Positions 30,595 through 41,038 of a DNA stretch of 64,000 nucleotides are shown piece by piece (position 1 is the stretch's first letter; every line of letters begins with the position of its first letter). A model generated the notes under the pieces. That model was not told the DNA's origin and ran no database searches. It saw only the letters and a list, made by a program, of their open reading frames with translations. Origin of the DNA: Candidatus Binatia bacterium (GTDB lineage: Bacteria; Desulfobacterota; Binatia; Bin18); assembly GCA_963666315.2 (NCBI GenBank), contig CAXXHG010000036.1:32001-96000 (forward strand). The letters are read 5' to 3'. Made by a program: the position numbers and the translations under genes.

Positions 30595-31158
30595 ATGCTC
30601 ATATCAGCAACCCAGCTACGGGTTGGGGCGCTTGTCCTATATCAAAATGAGCTCCACCGCATCACGAATGTGATCCATGTCACACCGGGCAATAAACGCG
30701 GATTTATGCAAACAAAACTCCGCAACCTGCGAACCGGACTACAAACGGCACATAAATTTAGCTCGAACGATAAAGTCGACCGAGTGAGCCTGGATCAACA
30801 GGAGATGGAATACCTGTATGAGTCCGGGGATGAGTACTGCTTTATGAATTCCGAGAATTACGAGCAGATCAGCTTAACAAAAGAGACGCTCGGAGATTCC
30901 GTGCACTACCTCTTCCCGAACATGAAAATCACGATAGATTTCTACGAAGATAACCCTGTGGGTGTGAATTTACCAAAGACGGTCGATCTTACAGTGACCG
31001 ATACTCCCCCAGCGCTGAAGGGCGCAACAGTGATAAACGAGCTGAAACCCGCCACCATGGAAACCGGCCTTGTCGTCCGTGTTCCCGGCTTTATCAACAT
31101 TGGCGAATCCATACGCGTGGACACCGAAACCGGAGCATATGTCTCCCGGGCTAAATAG
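30595..31158 (+). CDS. efp: Elongation factor P
   Basis: HVTPGNKRG, EYLY, FMNSENYEQ, KPATMETG, VPGFI. Confidence 0.95.
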   Translation: MLISATQLRVGALVLYQNELHRITNVIHVTPGNKRGFMQTKLRNLRTGLQTAHKFSSNDKVDRVSLDQQEMEYLYESGDEYCFMNSENYEQISLTKETLGDSVHYLFPNMKITIDFYEDNPVGVNLPKTVDLTVTDTPPALKGATVINELKPATMETGLVVRVPGFINIGESIRVDTETGAYVSRAK

Positions 31159-31165
31159 TCTGCCT

Positions 31166-31561
31166 ATGAAACGTTTTTTCCTTGGTCTTGGTGTTAGTGT
31201 GATTCTTGTCTGTATCGGCCTGGGGATAGGTGTTGCCGTTCTTATACACACTCCGGGCTATGCGGCCGGCACAATCGCTGAGCCGCGGCTGCTGATCGAT
31301 CATCACCGCATTAAAGTCTGGAGACTAGTCTTAGAGCCAGGTCAATCGACCAGACGGCACACGCATAAATTCGAGGAAGTCCTGATTTGTCTGGAAGGCG
31401 GCAAGCTCCGGTCAACTCAGCCCGGGCCTGAGCCTGAACGCGAGACCCATTATCCTGAGGCCGGCCAGGTCATCATGCCCAAGGTCAAGGGTCTGACCCA
31501 CGTGCTGACCAATGTGGGAACGACGCGCTACACTCAGATCTCAATTGAGCTCAAGGAATAA
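31166..31561 (+). CDS. Secreted cupin-like protein
   Basis: Signal segment, LEPGQSTRRHTH, HVLTNVG. Confidence 0.75.
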   Translation: MKRFFLGLGVSVILVCIGLGIGVAVLIHTPGYAAGTIAEPRLLIDHHRIKVWRLVLEPGQSTRRHTHKFEEVLICLEGGKLRSTQPGPEPERETHYPEAGQVIMPKVKGLTHVLTNVGTTRYTQISIELKE

Positions 31562-31563
31562 AA

Positions 31564-31587
31564 AAGGGCGCACCGGAGTGCGCCCTT
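31564..31587. terminator. Bidirectional terminator hairpin
   Basis: AAGGGCGCAC-CGGA-GTGCGCCCTT between convergent genes. Confidence 0.8.
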
Positions 31588-31622
31588 CTATCTTGTCTGC
31601 ACCTGATTCGTTGGTCAGCTCA

Positions 31623-32570
31623 TTATCCACCAAAATAACTCTTTGGATTCTGAACCGTCATGGTTTGAACAGTACCCTCACTGACCCCGGCTTTATGCAA
31701 CTGAGGCAGGATATCCTTCAAGATGTGAGCATAGTTCCAGTTCGGACAGGCCTCGACGAATTTCTCCCAGGCCGCACTCAGCCAGCCCATCATACAATGC
31801 ACTGCATCGTGTGAAAGCACAATCCGGTCATGGCCAACGGCCAACAGACCGATCAGCGACGCCAAGCGCATCTTATCCGACGCAATGGTCTCAACACCAA
31901 AGCGGTCAAAGCCTATCCACGCGCCTCGATCCACGATGTCGAAGTAGTAGCGCCTATCACCCACGCCACAAGCATGACCGATCATCACCCGGTTAAAGTC
32001 AACGCCTTCTTCTTCAAACGCATCCAGCGTCTCTCGACCGAACGGGCCAAACTCATCGTTGTGACACAGAATGGAAATGCCCGTAGCCTTGTGGGCACGA
32101 GCCGCAGCACGCAGACATGTTTCTTCGTGAACACCAATCGAGGTTGCCGTCTCGGTGAGGCCCGGAATGCCATCTGTCGCGGTTTTGATGAGTCCGGCCT
32201 TAATGCCGGTGTTGCCTATCCCCTCGGTAATCTCGCGCACGTACACTTCGGCGATATCGTCGGCAGACAGACTCCGGAAATGAGGCGGAATCCCCAGTGC
32301 CTCGTTGTACAGCCCGGTTGTAATAATCACATTTAAGCCGGATTTATCAGCGCATTCCGCCGCAAACTCGGGGTCGCGGCCAAGTTCCATCGGGCAGGGA
32401 TCAACAAAGGATGACACACCCAGAGCTTTGATTTCTTTGAGTTTGACCACCGCACCGGCCAGCTCTTTTTCACGATCAAAACTCGTATTATCCCACTCAT
32501 AACTAGGAAAACCTGCAGTCAGATGCTCGTGGACGAGAGTAAATCCCAGACCATCCGTAGTACAGGCTGT
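31623..32570 (-). pseudogene. Phosphotriesterase-like lactonase lacking a start codon
   Basis: Frame extends past the called ORF to LGFTLVHEHL; also IKTA, GHAC, FDRFG, LSHD. No start codon before the REP at 32591. Confidence 0.75.
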
Positions 32571-32590
32571 TGCAGCAAATCCAGCAGGCC

Positions 32591-32621
32591 CGTAGGGCGG
32601 ATTAGCCCAGAGTAATCCGCC
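32591..32621. repeat. GTAG-type REP
   Basis: CGTAGGGCGGATTA-GCCCAGAG-TAATCCGCC. Confidence 0.8.
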
Positions 32622-32666
32622 ACCACTGAGGGCTTCCCTATACAGCTACGACAGCGCGTACCTCCA

Positions 32667-32747
32667 CTACTTTTGCGTCCGGTCTTCAACGAGCAGTTCT
32701 GGAACACGACGGATGACGGTGAGATGATCCGTATCCAGGATGAACAT
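32667..32747 (-). pseudogene. VapC/PIN toxin reduced to 26 codons by an internal deletion
   Basis: MFILDTDHLTVIR-RVPELLVEDRTQK*: PIN first strand joined to a PIN-like tail; lies 2 nt after an antitoxin-like gene. Confidence 0.7.
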
Positions 32748-32749
32748 TA

Positions 32750-32960
32750 TCAGGTCCGAGGCTTGAGGGAGCGCCGATACTTTTGGCCGGCTTTAATAGT
32801 CTCGTCAAAGAGCGGGTCGTTCTTAAACCTACCGGCGACGTGATCCCACCAGGGCTTCTGGGATGCCTTCTTCACTGACTGCAACTCGGTCTTCACCTTG
32901 CGCAACTCGCGTTCCAAGCTGATTACCCGTTCTTCTAGTCCGGTCACTTGCAGGCTGCAT
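32750..32960 (-). CDS. Putative VapB-like antitoxin; ATG after the RBS is out of frame, alternative GTG start near 32947
   Basis: LEERVISLEREL..KPWWDHVAGRFKNDPLFDE..GQKYR. Confidence 0.6.
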
Positions 32961-33594
32961 ATTCGGCCTCCGTACGGAAAAGAGCATGCCGCGAACAGCG
33001 AAGAAGGGAAAGATGCGACGCCGCGCGCATCTTTTTTCTCAACCGCCGCCAGCACCTCTGCAGCATCCAGGAACAATTCCTCCCATTTCGCGTAGTCAGA
33101 CGTGAGGATCAAATGCAGAAGTACCCTTTCGTGTGAAACGCTCAAAACAGCGCGCGGAGCCTCCCTTTTCCCCGTTTGGACAGCGAAAAGACAATATTCC
33201 GGTCAAAACCCGAACGAAACGCGACTTTTCTTGTACGCGACCAGACAACGCAGTCCTGCAAAATCAATACGTTGGCGCGGCCGCCGTGAAACGTTTTTGC
33301 ACAGCCAGAAAAAGTAATGATAGATTTTTAATGTTATTAGTTATATATCTATACGTCTAGTAGCTGGACTAGTGAAATATAGAGTATAGTGTAGAAAAAA
33401 TTCCCGCTCACAAGAGAAACATCTTCTGCCCGTAAATTTGGGGCTCTGTGGGCGGGGACACGCGCGGTGCAGATGCCCTTCCTCCTCTGTATCGAGTGCG
33501 CGCAAGACGCGCACTTAACCCACTACCCACGTGCCCACCGCGCCAATCTGAGCTCCCGCAGGTCGAATTAGCACGGCGTAATTCGACAACACTA

Positions 33595-33753
33595 AGAGGC
33601 TATCCGAATAACGGTTTCACGGTGTCGTGTTGAGCCCTTCGACTACGCTCAGGATAAACTCCGCGAAACATCTCAACCCACGACCAGGGGAAAGATTCTT
33701 CGCTGCGCTCAGAATGACAGAACCGGGCTCCTATCGTTATTCGGATAGGCACT
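33595..33753. mobile_element. MITE-like element with nested REP-like hairpins
   Basis: Perfect 14-bp inverted repeat CTATCCGAATAACG (33600-33613 and 33735-33748); no coding capacity. Confidence 0.7.
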
Positions 33754-33777
33754 GAGGGCTTCCCCGTACACCTACGC

Positions 33778-34818
33778 CTACCCTGCGGCAGGTTGCCACG
33801 TCTCCCGAATAATCCGGAGCGCTTCGTCTATGTCCTCGTGCAATATGCCGTAGTGGGTCACGGCGCGCAGACGCCCGCCGCCGATATCACCAATCTTGAC
33901 CCCAACCTGTGCCAGCACTTCGGCAAACGAGCTACCATTTTCATGCGGGGTGGATACACGGAAAATGACGAGATTAGTTTGTACGGTCTCAAGATCAATC
34001 GAGACTTTTGGTATTGCGGCTAGCCCTTCGGCCAGTCGTTGTGCGGTTGCGTGGTCCTCAGCTAAGCGCTCAACCATTTCATTCAGCGCAACAATCCCAG
34101 CCGCAGCAATAATCCCGGCCTGGCGCATCCCGCCACCAACCATTTTACGATAATGCCGGGCTCGCACTACGAAGCGCTTGCTGCCACAGACCACGGAACC
34201 TATGGGCGCAGACAGTCCCTTGGACAGACAAAACTGCACCGTATCAACCGGTTGTGTTAATTCGCGTACGTCACATCCCAAGGCAACTGCGGCGTTGAAA
34301 ATGCGCGATCCGTCCAGGTGGACGGGAATGCCGGCTTTATCGGCCACTGCACGAACAGATTGCAAATAGTCTGGTTTGAGAATCGTGCCACCACAACGGT
34401 TATGCGTATTCTCCAGACAAATGATTCCAGGCGGTGCGTAGTGGACGTCGGGTGGATGCAGGGCGTGGTCTAAATCAGATATGTCCAATTCGCCCAAACG
34501 GCCAGTCGGAACGGTGTGAAAAGCAATGCCACCAAGGGCGGATGCACCACCGGCCTCATAGTTGAAGATATGGCACTCGTCGCCAAGAATGGCTTCCTGT
34601 CCTCGACTACAGTGGGCAAGCAACGCAACCAGATTGCCCATTGTTCCACTGCTGACCAGCAGCGCAGCCTCTTTACCCACCTTTTCTGCGGCACATTCTT
34701 CTAAGCGGTTGACGGTCGGATCTTCACCCATGACATCATCACCGAGTTCAGCCTTGGCGACAGCTTCGCGCATGGCCGGACTCGGCAATGTCACGGTGTC
34801 GCTACGTAGGTCTATCAT
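33778..34818 (-). CDS. ltaE: Low-specificity L-threonine aldolase
   Basis: DLRSDTVT, GTMGN, ENTHN, HLDGSRIFNA, CLSKGL, GGGMRQAG. Confidence 0.95.
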   Translation of the reverse strand: MIDLRSDTVTLPSPAMREAVAKAELGDDVMGEDPTVNRLEECAAEKVGKEAALLVSSGTMGNLVALLAHCSRGQEAILGDECHIFNYEAGGASALGGIAFHTVPTGRLGELDISDLDHALHPPDVHYAPPGIICLENTHNRCGGTILKPDYLQSVRAVADKAGIPVHLDGSRIFNAAVALGCDVRELTQPVDTVQFCLSKGLSAPIGSVVCGSKRFVVRARHYRKMVGGGMRQAGIIAAAGIVALNEMVERLAEDHATAQRLAEGLAAIPKVSIDLETVQTNLVIFRVSTPHENGSSFAEVLAQVGVKIGDIGGGRLRAVTHYGILHEDIDEALRIIRETWQPAAG

Positions 34819-34875
34819 CGGAGTTAACTCCTTCGTACGCACAGCGCACGCTACTGCTGTGTTGACCTCGTTCCC

Positions 34876-34978
34876 CCCTTCGACTCTGCTCAGGACAAGC
34901 TTCGACAAGCTCAGGGCGAACGGAACAAGGGGCGGTACACAAGAACCGTTCGTGCTGAACCCCGTCGAAGCATGAACG
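34876..34978. repeat. REP-like element, same family as 5572-5646
   Basis: CTTCGAC..GCTCAGG twice, GAACGG..CCGTTCG..GTCGAAG. Confidence 0.75.
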
Positions 34979-35011
34979 CGCGGGCATGCACCCTCTTCTA
35001 GGCACACTGCT

Positions 35012-35037
35012 CCCTAAACCCCAGCCCCTAGACCCCC
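35012..35037 (-). repeat. G-tract array on the minus strand after hslR
   Basis: Plus strand CCCTAAACCCCAGCCCCTAGACCCCC. Confidence 0.7.
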
Positions 35038-35046
35038 ATTATTTGT

Positions 35047-35460
35047 TTACCGGCCTCGTAACCATTCGGTCTCTCGGCGTTCGCGTTTGGTGGGGCGCCC
35101 CTGCCCCCGTAGTCGTGATGACGGTTGTTCAAAAAAATCAAACCGTTCTTCACGTGGCGGCGGAGGCGGGGAATCGTCTTCGTACAACAACTGAGCCTCA
35201 ACGGCCGGGCCACGCTTTTCTGACACAGCAAGAACTTTCAGCTTCTTTGGTCCGTGCGGGTGCATAAACTCTAGCGTATCATTCACTCGGACCAACTTAT
35301 GCGGCTTCGCCTTATGTCCGTTGATTGCAACCTTCCCGCCATCACAGACCTCGGCAGCCAAGGAGCGGCTTTTATAAAACCGCGCTGCCCACAGCCAACG
35401 GTCCGCCCGCACGGCCGGGTCGCTTATAATGTCCGCTGCCTTCTTTCGTTTCGCCTTCAT
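35047..35460 (-). CDS. hslR: Ribosome-associated heat shock protein Hsp15 (S4 domain)
   Basis: RADRWLWAARFYKSRSLA, GRPTKRERR. Confidence 0.92.
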   Translation of the reverse strand: MKAKRKKAADIISDPAVRADRWLWAARFYKSRSLAAEVCDGGKVAINGHKAKPHKLVRVNDTLEFMHPHGPKKLKVLAVSEKRGPAVEAQLLYEDDSPPPPPREERFDFFEQPSSRLRGQGRPTKRERRETEWLRGR

Positions 35461-35660
35461 ACCGATTCATCGCACTCGTAGGGCGAGTCTTGCGTCCCTA
35501 TCTGGTCGCCCGGGGAGAGGACGGGCAGCCACGCAGGGTTACCCCGACATTGCCTCTCCCTCTCAAACCACACGCCAGCATCGCATTTACACCCTTATCA
35601 TAATTACTATCAATAGTGGTCGGGTAAAGAATCACAGCTGAGTGCGGATACGAAAGCGGA

Positions 35661-36485
35661 CTAATGTTCGTCAGCAAGAGTCTGAGAGGGCCTGGACGGG
35701 AGAGCATCTATCTCTTCTTTTACGGCCACTCCGCTGAGTTCTCCTCTCCTCAATTGTTCTGCCAACTGTAGAATACGCTCCGCAGCTGTCTCAGGGGCCA
35801 CACCACGCGCATGAATGTTCGAAATCAAATTTCGCTCTGCATCAGTGTGACGGTGTCTTGGACGATACGCCATATAGGCCGATAGGCTGTCTGCCGTGGC
35901 GAGGCCGGGCCGTTCGCCGATCAACAACACGACCACCAGGGGGTCAAGCAATTCTCCGAGGTCGTTCAGCACGCCGACTCTGCAGTAGCGAATGAAGAAG
36001 GGTAGACCGAAACGCCAGCCTCGTTTCTCCGTACCTTGGGCTAGGAGCGGCAGTAATCGCGGGACCTGTTTGACGACTGCGGCAGCCGACAGCCCGTCTC
36101 CGATGACAACCTGGAGGTCGACGCTCGGCGGGCATAGGTCCCTCAGCGAGGCTTTCGTCTTGGCAGACAACAGTCGGCCAAGGTCCGGTCGCATGAGGTA
36201 TTCGGCTTTGCTTCGCGCCTGGCTAGTGACTTCAAATATCCGCCATTCGGCGAGAAAGTCAGACTCAAAATCACGCTCTAAGTTAATTTCGGAATGGACG
36301 GCGTCTCGGGCTGCTGCGTGGTCGAGACGTAAGGCTAGCTGGGTCTGAGTCCGATACGCCGGACCGGATCGACCCACAAAAATGCGTGCAGATGTGCGAG
36401 CACGGATGGCGACCAACGGATCATCCGTCTCGGCAGGCTGAGCAGTTGTGACAGGGCAGTTGGATTTAGTCGGAGTCGACATCAC
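35661..36485 (-). CDS. eutC: Ethanolamine ammonia-lyase small subunit
   Basis: DHAAARDAV, YLMRPDLGR, DGLS, IGERPGL, RNLISNI. Confidence 0.95.
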   Translation of the reverse strand: MMSTPTKSNCPVTTAQPAETDDPLVAIRARTSARIFVGRSGPAYRTQTQLALRLDHAAARDAVHSEINLERDFESDFLAEWRIFEVTSQARSKAEYLMRPDLGRLLSAKTKASLRDLCPPSVDLQVVIGDGLSAAAVVKQVPRLLPLLAQGTEKRGWRFGLPFFIRYCRVGVLNDLGELLDPLVVVLLIGERPGLATADSLSAYMAYRPRHRHTDAERNLISNIHARGVAPETAAERILQLAEQLRRGELSGVAVKEEIDALPSRPSQTLADEH

Positions 36486-36505
36486 ATTATCTCTTGAGCA
36501 GCATC

Positions 36506-36563
36506 GTAGCCTGGAATGTAATGGAATCCGGGAGTCCCTGGACTTCGCAGGGCTACAGGCTAC
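36506..36563. repeat. GTAG-type REP overlapping the eutB stop codon
   Basis: GTAGCCTG...GGAATCCGGGA...CAGGCTAC terminal inverted repeats. Confidence 0.65.
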
Positions 36564-37975
36564 ACAACTCCCGCCCCTTCAATCATCCTGACCCCGTCTT
36601 CCAACTTCTTCCGAGCCTGTCCATTGGATGGAACAAGCGCCCCATTCCGAAAGATATCCATCTGCTCCAGCCATTCCAAAAACTCAGGCGCAGGCTGTAA
36701 ACCAAAAAGTTGCCGCGCCCCCAGTGCGTCGTGGAAGCTGGTCGACTGATAACTCAGCATGACGTCATCAGCACACGGCACGCCCATAAAATAATTGCAG
36801 CCGGCTGCGGTGAGCAGCAACAACAAATTGTCCGCAGAGTTCTGATCGGCCTGGGCGTGGTTGGTGTAACACACGTCACAACCCATGGGCAGACCTAACA
36901 GCTTGCCCATGAAATGGTCTTCCAACCCAGCCCGGATGATCTGACACTCATCGTACAAATATTCGGGGCCAATAAAGCCGACGACAGTATTGACGAGAAA
37001 AGGATCAAACGCACGTGCAACACCATAGGCGCGCGCTTCCAGCGTGAGCTGGTCTACGCCGTGATGCGCATGGGCCGACAACGCACTGCCCTGCCCGGTC
37101 TCAAAATACATCACATTATCCCCCACCCAGTTCACATCTCGATTCTGGTGCTGCTCCAGCACCCGCTCGCGGCCTTCGTCCAAGATTCTCAGATTGACCC
37201 CAAAGCTCGCATTTGCGGCTTGTGTCCCGGCAATGGACTGAAACAGCAAGTCGACCGGCGCACCAGACTCCAAACTGTCTAGCTGAGTACTGATATGAGC
37301 GAGGCAGCACGACTGGGTAGGAATAGCATAGACGTCGATCAAACGGTTGAGACCGTACAGAATTCGGCTGACGGTTTCTACTGACTCCGTAGCCGGGTTC
37401 ACCCCGAGCACGGCATCGCCACAACCAAATAATAAACCATCGATTGCCGATAATAAAATTCCGCCGAGATCATCAGCCGGGTGGTTGGGTTGGAGCCGAA
37501 TACCCAGCACGCCGCGCTGGCCCATCGTATTGCGACAGCGCGTTACTGTGCGGATCTTACTTGCAGCAAGCACTAAGTCTTTATTGCTCATCAGCTTGGC
37601 AACGGCGGCCGCGACTTCGGGCGTAATAGCGCGGTGTAGTGTGCCGAGAGTGTCGCCGTCCTGGGCCTCGTCAAGCAGGTACTCGCGAAACTCACCAACC
37701 GTCAGGCCTGCAATCGGACGGAACCCCTCTTGGTCATGGGTATCAAGAGTCAGCCGACTGACTTCATCTTGACCCGGATCAATCAACGGGTTGTCTATAA
37801 TTTCCGAGAGGCAGACGTCTGCGAGTACGTATTTTGCAGCAATGCGCTCCTGTTCAGACGCCGCGGCAATGCCGGCCAGTTGATCGCCCGACTTCTCTTC
37901 ATTCGCCTTGGCAAACACTACACTGAGGGTGTCAAAAGCAAAGCGTTCGGCGCGGACGGTTGTGGCGTACGCCAT
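36560..37975 (-). CDS. eutB: Ethanolamine ammonia-lyase large subunit
   Basis: RLQPNHP, YFETGQGSALS, NTVVGFIGPEYL, CYTNH. Confidence 0.96.
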   Translation of the reverse strand: MAYATTVRAERFAFDTLSVVFAKANEEKSGDQLAGIAAASEQERIAAKYVLADVCLSEIIDNPLIDPGQDEVSRLTLDTHDQEGFRPIAGLTVGEFREYLLDEAQDGDTLGTLHRAITPEVAAAVAKLMSNKDLVLAASKIRTVTRCRNTMGQRGVLGIRLQPNHPADDLGGILLSAIDGLLFGCGDAVLGVNPATESVETVSRILYGLNRLIDVYAIPTQSCCLAHISTQLDSLESGAPVDLLFQSIAGTQAANASFGVNLRILDEGRERVLEQHQNRDVNWVGDNVMYFETGQGSALSAHAHHGVDQLTLEARAYGVARAFDPFLVNTVVGFIGPEYLYDECQIIRAGLEDHFMGKLLGLPMGCDVCYTNHAQADQNSADNLLLLLTAAGCNYFMGVPCADDVMLSYQSTSFHDALGARQLFGLQPAPEFLEWLEQMDIFRNGALVPSNGQARKKLEDGVRMIEGAGVV

Positions 37976-37979
37976 GGAT

Positions 37980-40241
37980 TTACTCCAAACGCAGCGTTCG
38001 CAATCGAAGTGAATTCGTCACTACGGACACCGAACTCAACGCCATTGCCAGCGCGGCAAACATGGGATCAAGCAAGATGGAAAAGACCGGATACAACACT
38101 CCCGCAGCCAGAGGAATGCCTGCCGTATTATACGCGAACGCCCAGAATAGATTCTGACGGATGATCTGCATGGTCCTACGTGACAAGACAATGGCGGTGC
38201 TCACACCGCTCAGGTCACCGCGCAGCAAGGTAATATCGGCCGCTTCGATTGCCACGTCGGTCCCCGTCCCAAGCGCGATACCGACATCGGCTTGCGCCAG
38301 CGCAGGCGCATCATTGATGCCATCACCGACCATACCCACACTGGCTCCAGCCTGTTGTAAGCGGATGACCTCGGCAGCTTTATCTTCCGGCAAGACTTCT
38401 GCCAAGATGTCTGAGATACCCGCCTGCTGGGCAATAGCGTGCGCCGTATGTTGATTGTCGCCCGTCAGCATGACAACTTTGAGGCCCAGGCGGCGAAGAT
38501 ATCGCACTTCTTGCGCCGCCTGAGGCTTGAGTACATCAGCAACGGCAATCAGCCCGACAACACTCCGGTCAACCACGACATACAGCGGTGTCTTGCCCGC
38601 GCGGGCAATTGTCTCAGACTGGACTTCCAGGCCCTTCGGCCGGACGCCGCGCTTCGCCAACAGTCGTTGACTCCCGATCACAACCGCTTTGCCTGCCAGC
38701 CGGGCTTCGACGCCGTGCCCGGCAAGGGCTGAGAACGCCGCAGCGGGCGTCAGTCTCAGCCCTCGGTCTTGGGCATGTTGCACGATAGCCTGTCCCAACG
38801 GATGCTCACTATGCCATTCCACACTGGCGGCTAAACGCAGGAGTTCTTCTTCGCTAAGACGCGCGCGCTCAGCCACCACCTCAGAGCAAATGATATCAGT
38901 GACGGCAGGCTTACCGGTCGTGAGCGTCCCGGTTTTGTCAAACACGATAGTGGTCAGCCTATGTGCACGCTCTAATATCTCACCGCCTTTAATCAACACA
39001 CCCTGCTCGGCACCGCGGCCAGTCCCCGCCATAATGGCCGTGGGGGTTGCCAGCCCCAGCGAACACGGACAGGCAATGATCAGTACGGCCACAAAATTCA
39101 TGAGCGCAAAGTTGAGACCAGGTTCCGGCCCGATAACAAACCAGACACCGAAGGTCAGGAGCGCAGTCACAATCACAACCGGCACAAAATATGAGGCTAT
39201 GGTATCGGCCAAACGCTGAATCGGCGCCTTCGACCCCTGTGCTTGGCGGACCAAATTGACAATTCTTGCCAGAGCCGTGTCCGTGCCAACTTTAGTCGCT
39301 TGAAAGGTGAATGCACCGGTTGTGTTGAGGGTTGCCCCAGTAACTGGGTCACCCGTCTGCTTGTCAACCGGCAGGCTTTCCCCCGTCAGCATGGATTCAT
39401 CCACACTCGACCTGCCACTGAGCACAACGCCGTCTACGGAAATCTGTTCACCCGGTCGAACGACAACCACGTCTCCAACCTGGACCTGATCAATCGGCAG
39501 CGTGACTTCCTTGTCCTGTCTGAGCAGTCTTGCCGTCTTGGGTTGCAGCTGAAGCAGGTGGCGAATGGCTGCAGTCGTTCGCCCTTTTGCCCGAGCTTCC
39601 AGCACCCGACCGAGCAGAATCAGGGTGATGATCACGGCCGCAGTATCAAAATAGACTAGCGGCTGTTGCCCCGTCAAAACAAAAAAGCCGGGCGCGAACA
39701 CGGCCACCGCACTGTACAGGAACGCAGCAGAGGTCCCCACCACGATCAGGGTATTCATATCGCTGGAGCCGTGGCGGGCCATTGCCCAGGCGCTGCGATA
39801 GAATTGTGCGCCTACCCAGAACTGCACCGGAATTGTCAGGACCAGCAACCAAAAATGAGCGCCTAGTGGCAGGCCAGACAGCAGGGTGGTCATTGATCCA
39901 AGCAGGATCAATGCAGTCAAGACTACGCTGACTGCAAATTTATTTTTGAGGATCTGATAGTCGCTCTGATTGCGGTCTTCTATCTCTTCAACTGTCTCGT
40001 GTCGCTCGACCACCTCAAACCCGGTCGCGGCAATCGCCTTGCCAAGCTCAAGGAGATCGGCTTGACCAGGCTCGTATTCAACCAGTGCTTCTGCGCTGGC
40101 CAGGTTCACACTCGCCCGCAGTACGCCAGGCGTTTGCACCAGCGCCTGCTCGACCTTGGCCACACACGAAGCACAGTGCATGCCCCGAATGCCAATGAGG
40201 GCAGAAGTAAGATCCCGAGTCGTTTCAGCCGCCCGCATCAC
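37980..40241 (-). CDS. copA: Cu(I)-translocating P1B-1 ATPase
   Basis: GMHCASC, CPC, DKTGT, HP, GDGIND, YN and MALSS motifs. Confidence 0.93.
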   Translation of the reverse strand: MMRAAETTRDLTSALIGIRGMHCASCVAKVEQALVQTPGVLRASVNLASAEALVEYEPGQADLLELGKAIAATGFEVVERHETVEEIEDRNQSDYQILKNKFAVSVVLTALILLGSMTTLLSGLPLGAHFWLLVLTIPVQFWVGAQFYRSAWAMARHGSSDMNTLIVVGTSAAFLYSAVAVFAPGFFVLTGQQPLVYFDTAAVIITLILLGRVLEARAKGRTTAAIRHLLQLQPKTARLLRQDKEVTLPIDQVQVGDVVVVRPGEQISVDGVVLSGRSSVDESMLTGESLPVDKQTGDPVTGATLNTTGAFTFQATKVGTDTALARIVNLVRQAQGSKAPIQRLADTIASYFVPVVIVTALLTFGVWFVIGPEPGLNFALMNFVAVLIIACPCSLGLATPTAIMAGTGRGAEQGVLIKGGEILERAHRLTTIVFDKTGTLTTGKPAVTDIICSEVVAERARLSEEELLRLAASVEWHSEHPLGQAIVQHAQDRGLRLTPAAAFSALAGHGVEARLAGKAVVIGSQRLLAKRGVRPKGLEVQSETIARAGKTPLYVVVDRSVVGLIAVADVLKPQAAQEVRYLRRLGLKVVMLTGDNQHTAHAIAQQAGISDILAEVLPEDKAAEVIRLQQAGASVGMVGDGINDAPALAQADVGIALGTGTDVAIEAADITLLRGDLSGVSTAIVLSRRTMQIIRQNLFWAFAYNTAGIPLAAGVLYPVFSILLDPMFAALAMALSSVSVVTNSLRLRTLRLE

Positions 40242-40657
40242 TCTCCCTCCAGTGCCTGAAGAATAGGACAGCCGTCGATGGACCCCTTGCCGTCACACAG
40301 GGCAGTCACCTGCGCCAAGGCGTCTCGCATTTCCGTCAGGCGCTCGATCTTCTCCTCAATATCCGCCAGCTTTGCCTCAGCCCGCGCTTTCACCGCTGCA
40401 CGACTGGTTTTAGGGTTATTTCGGAGGAAGAGTATGGCGGTGATTTCATTCAGGGAAAAGCCCAATCCTTGCGCGCGTTTGATAAAACGAGTCTGTCGAA
40501 CAGCCGTCGCGGGATAGCGACGATAGTTTGTCCCACTGCGCGGCGGGATCGGGAGAATGCCGCGCCGCTCGTAATAGCGCAGCGTTTCCACATTGACCTC
40601 AGCCTGCTTCGCAACTTCGCCTATAGTTAATCCATTCATGCTACTTATGCCGCTCAT
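40238..40657 (-). CDS. MerR-family metal regulator (CueR-like)
   Basis: MerR HTH; C-terminal [10 protein letters not shown] (CX8C); no Cys at the start of the dimerisation helix. Confidence 0.88.
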   Translation of the reverse strand: MSGISSMNGLTIGEVAKQAEVNVETLRYYERRGILPIPPRSGTNYRRYPATAVRQTRFIKRAQGLGFSLNEITAILFLRNNPKTSRAAVKARAEAKLADIEEKIERLTEMRDALAQVTALCDGKGSIDGCPILQALEGE

Positions 40658-40677
40658 GCTTGACTCCTCTATAAGCG

Positions 40678-40709
40678 AGTATACACCCTGTAGCTAGGTA
40701 CGGAGTCAA
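40678..40709 (-). promoter_or_regulatory. MerR-type long-spacer promoter/operator
   Basis: TTGACT-CCGTACCTAGCTACAGGGTG-TATACT: 20-nt spacer with an imperfect dyad. Confidence 0.8.
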
Positions 40710-40786
40710 GTAGAATTCAAATATTTTGCTCTGGACGTAAGAGGCATGAGTATGGCAGAACAAATATGAGGAGTGTTTCTAGCATT

Positions 40787-40963
40787 ATGCGTCAAGTCAA
40801 AGTCATTGTTGAAAAGAATTCGGACGGATACATCGCGTATCCACTCGGTGTCAAAGGAGTCGTTGTTGGACAAGGAGACAGCTATGAAGAAGCCCTAGCA
40901 GATGTCAAATCAGCGATACAGTTTCATATTGAAAGTTTTGGTAGCGAAATCCTGACGGAATAG
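40787..40963 (+). CDS. HicB-like antitoxin, orphan
   Basis: GYIAYP..VVGQGDSYEEALADVKSAIQFH; no hicA adjacent. Confidence 0.8.
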   Translation: MRQVKVIVEKNSDGYIAYPLGVKGVVVGQGDSYEEALADVKSAIQFHIESFGSEILTE

Positions 40964-41038
40964 ATGTACGCAGGCGACAATGAGAAGAATTTCTGTCTGC
41001 ATATGAGAGGTCTTAAAGATCAATAGGAGGAAAATAGC

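Noticed and set aside
34818-35007. 63-aa N-terminal extension of LtaE
   Set aside because: It is translated REP sequence (PFALSLSK); homology and a GGAG RBS support the ATG at 34818.
37975-37980. Cobalamin riboswitch upstream of eutB
   Set aside because: Only 4 nt of intergenic space, and no B12 box seen.
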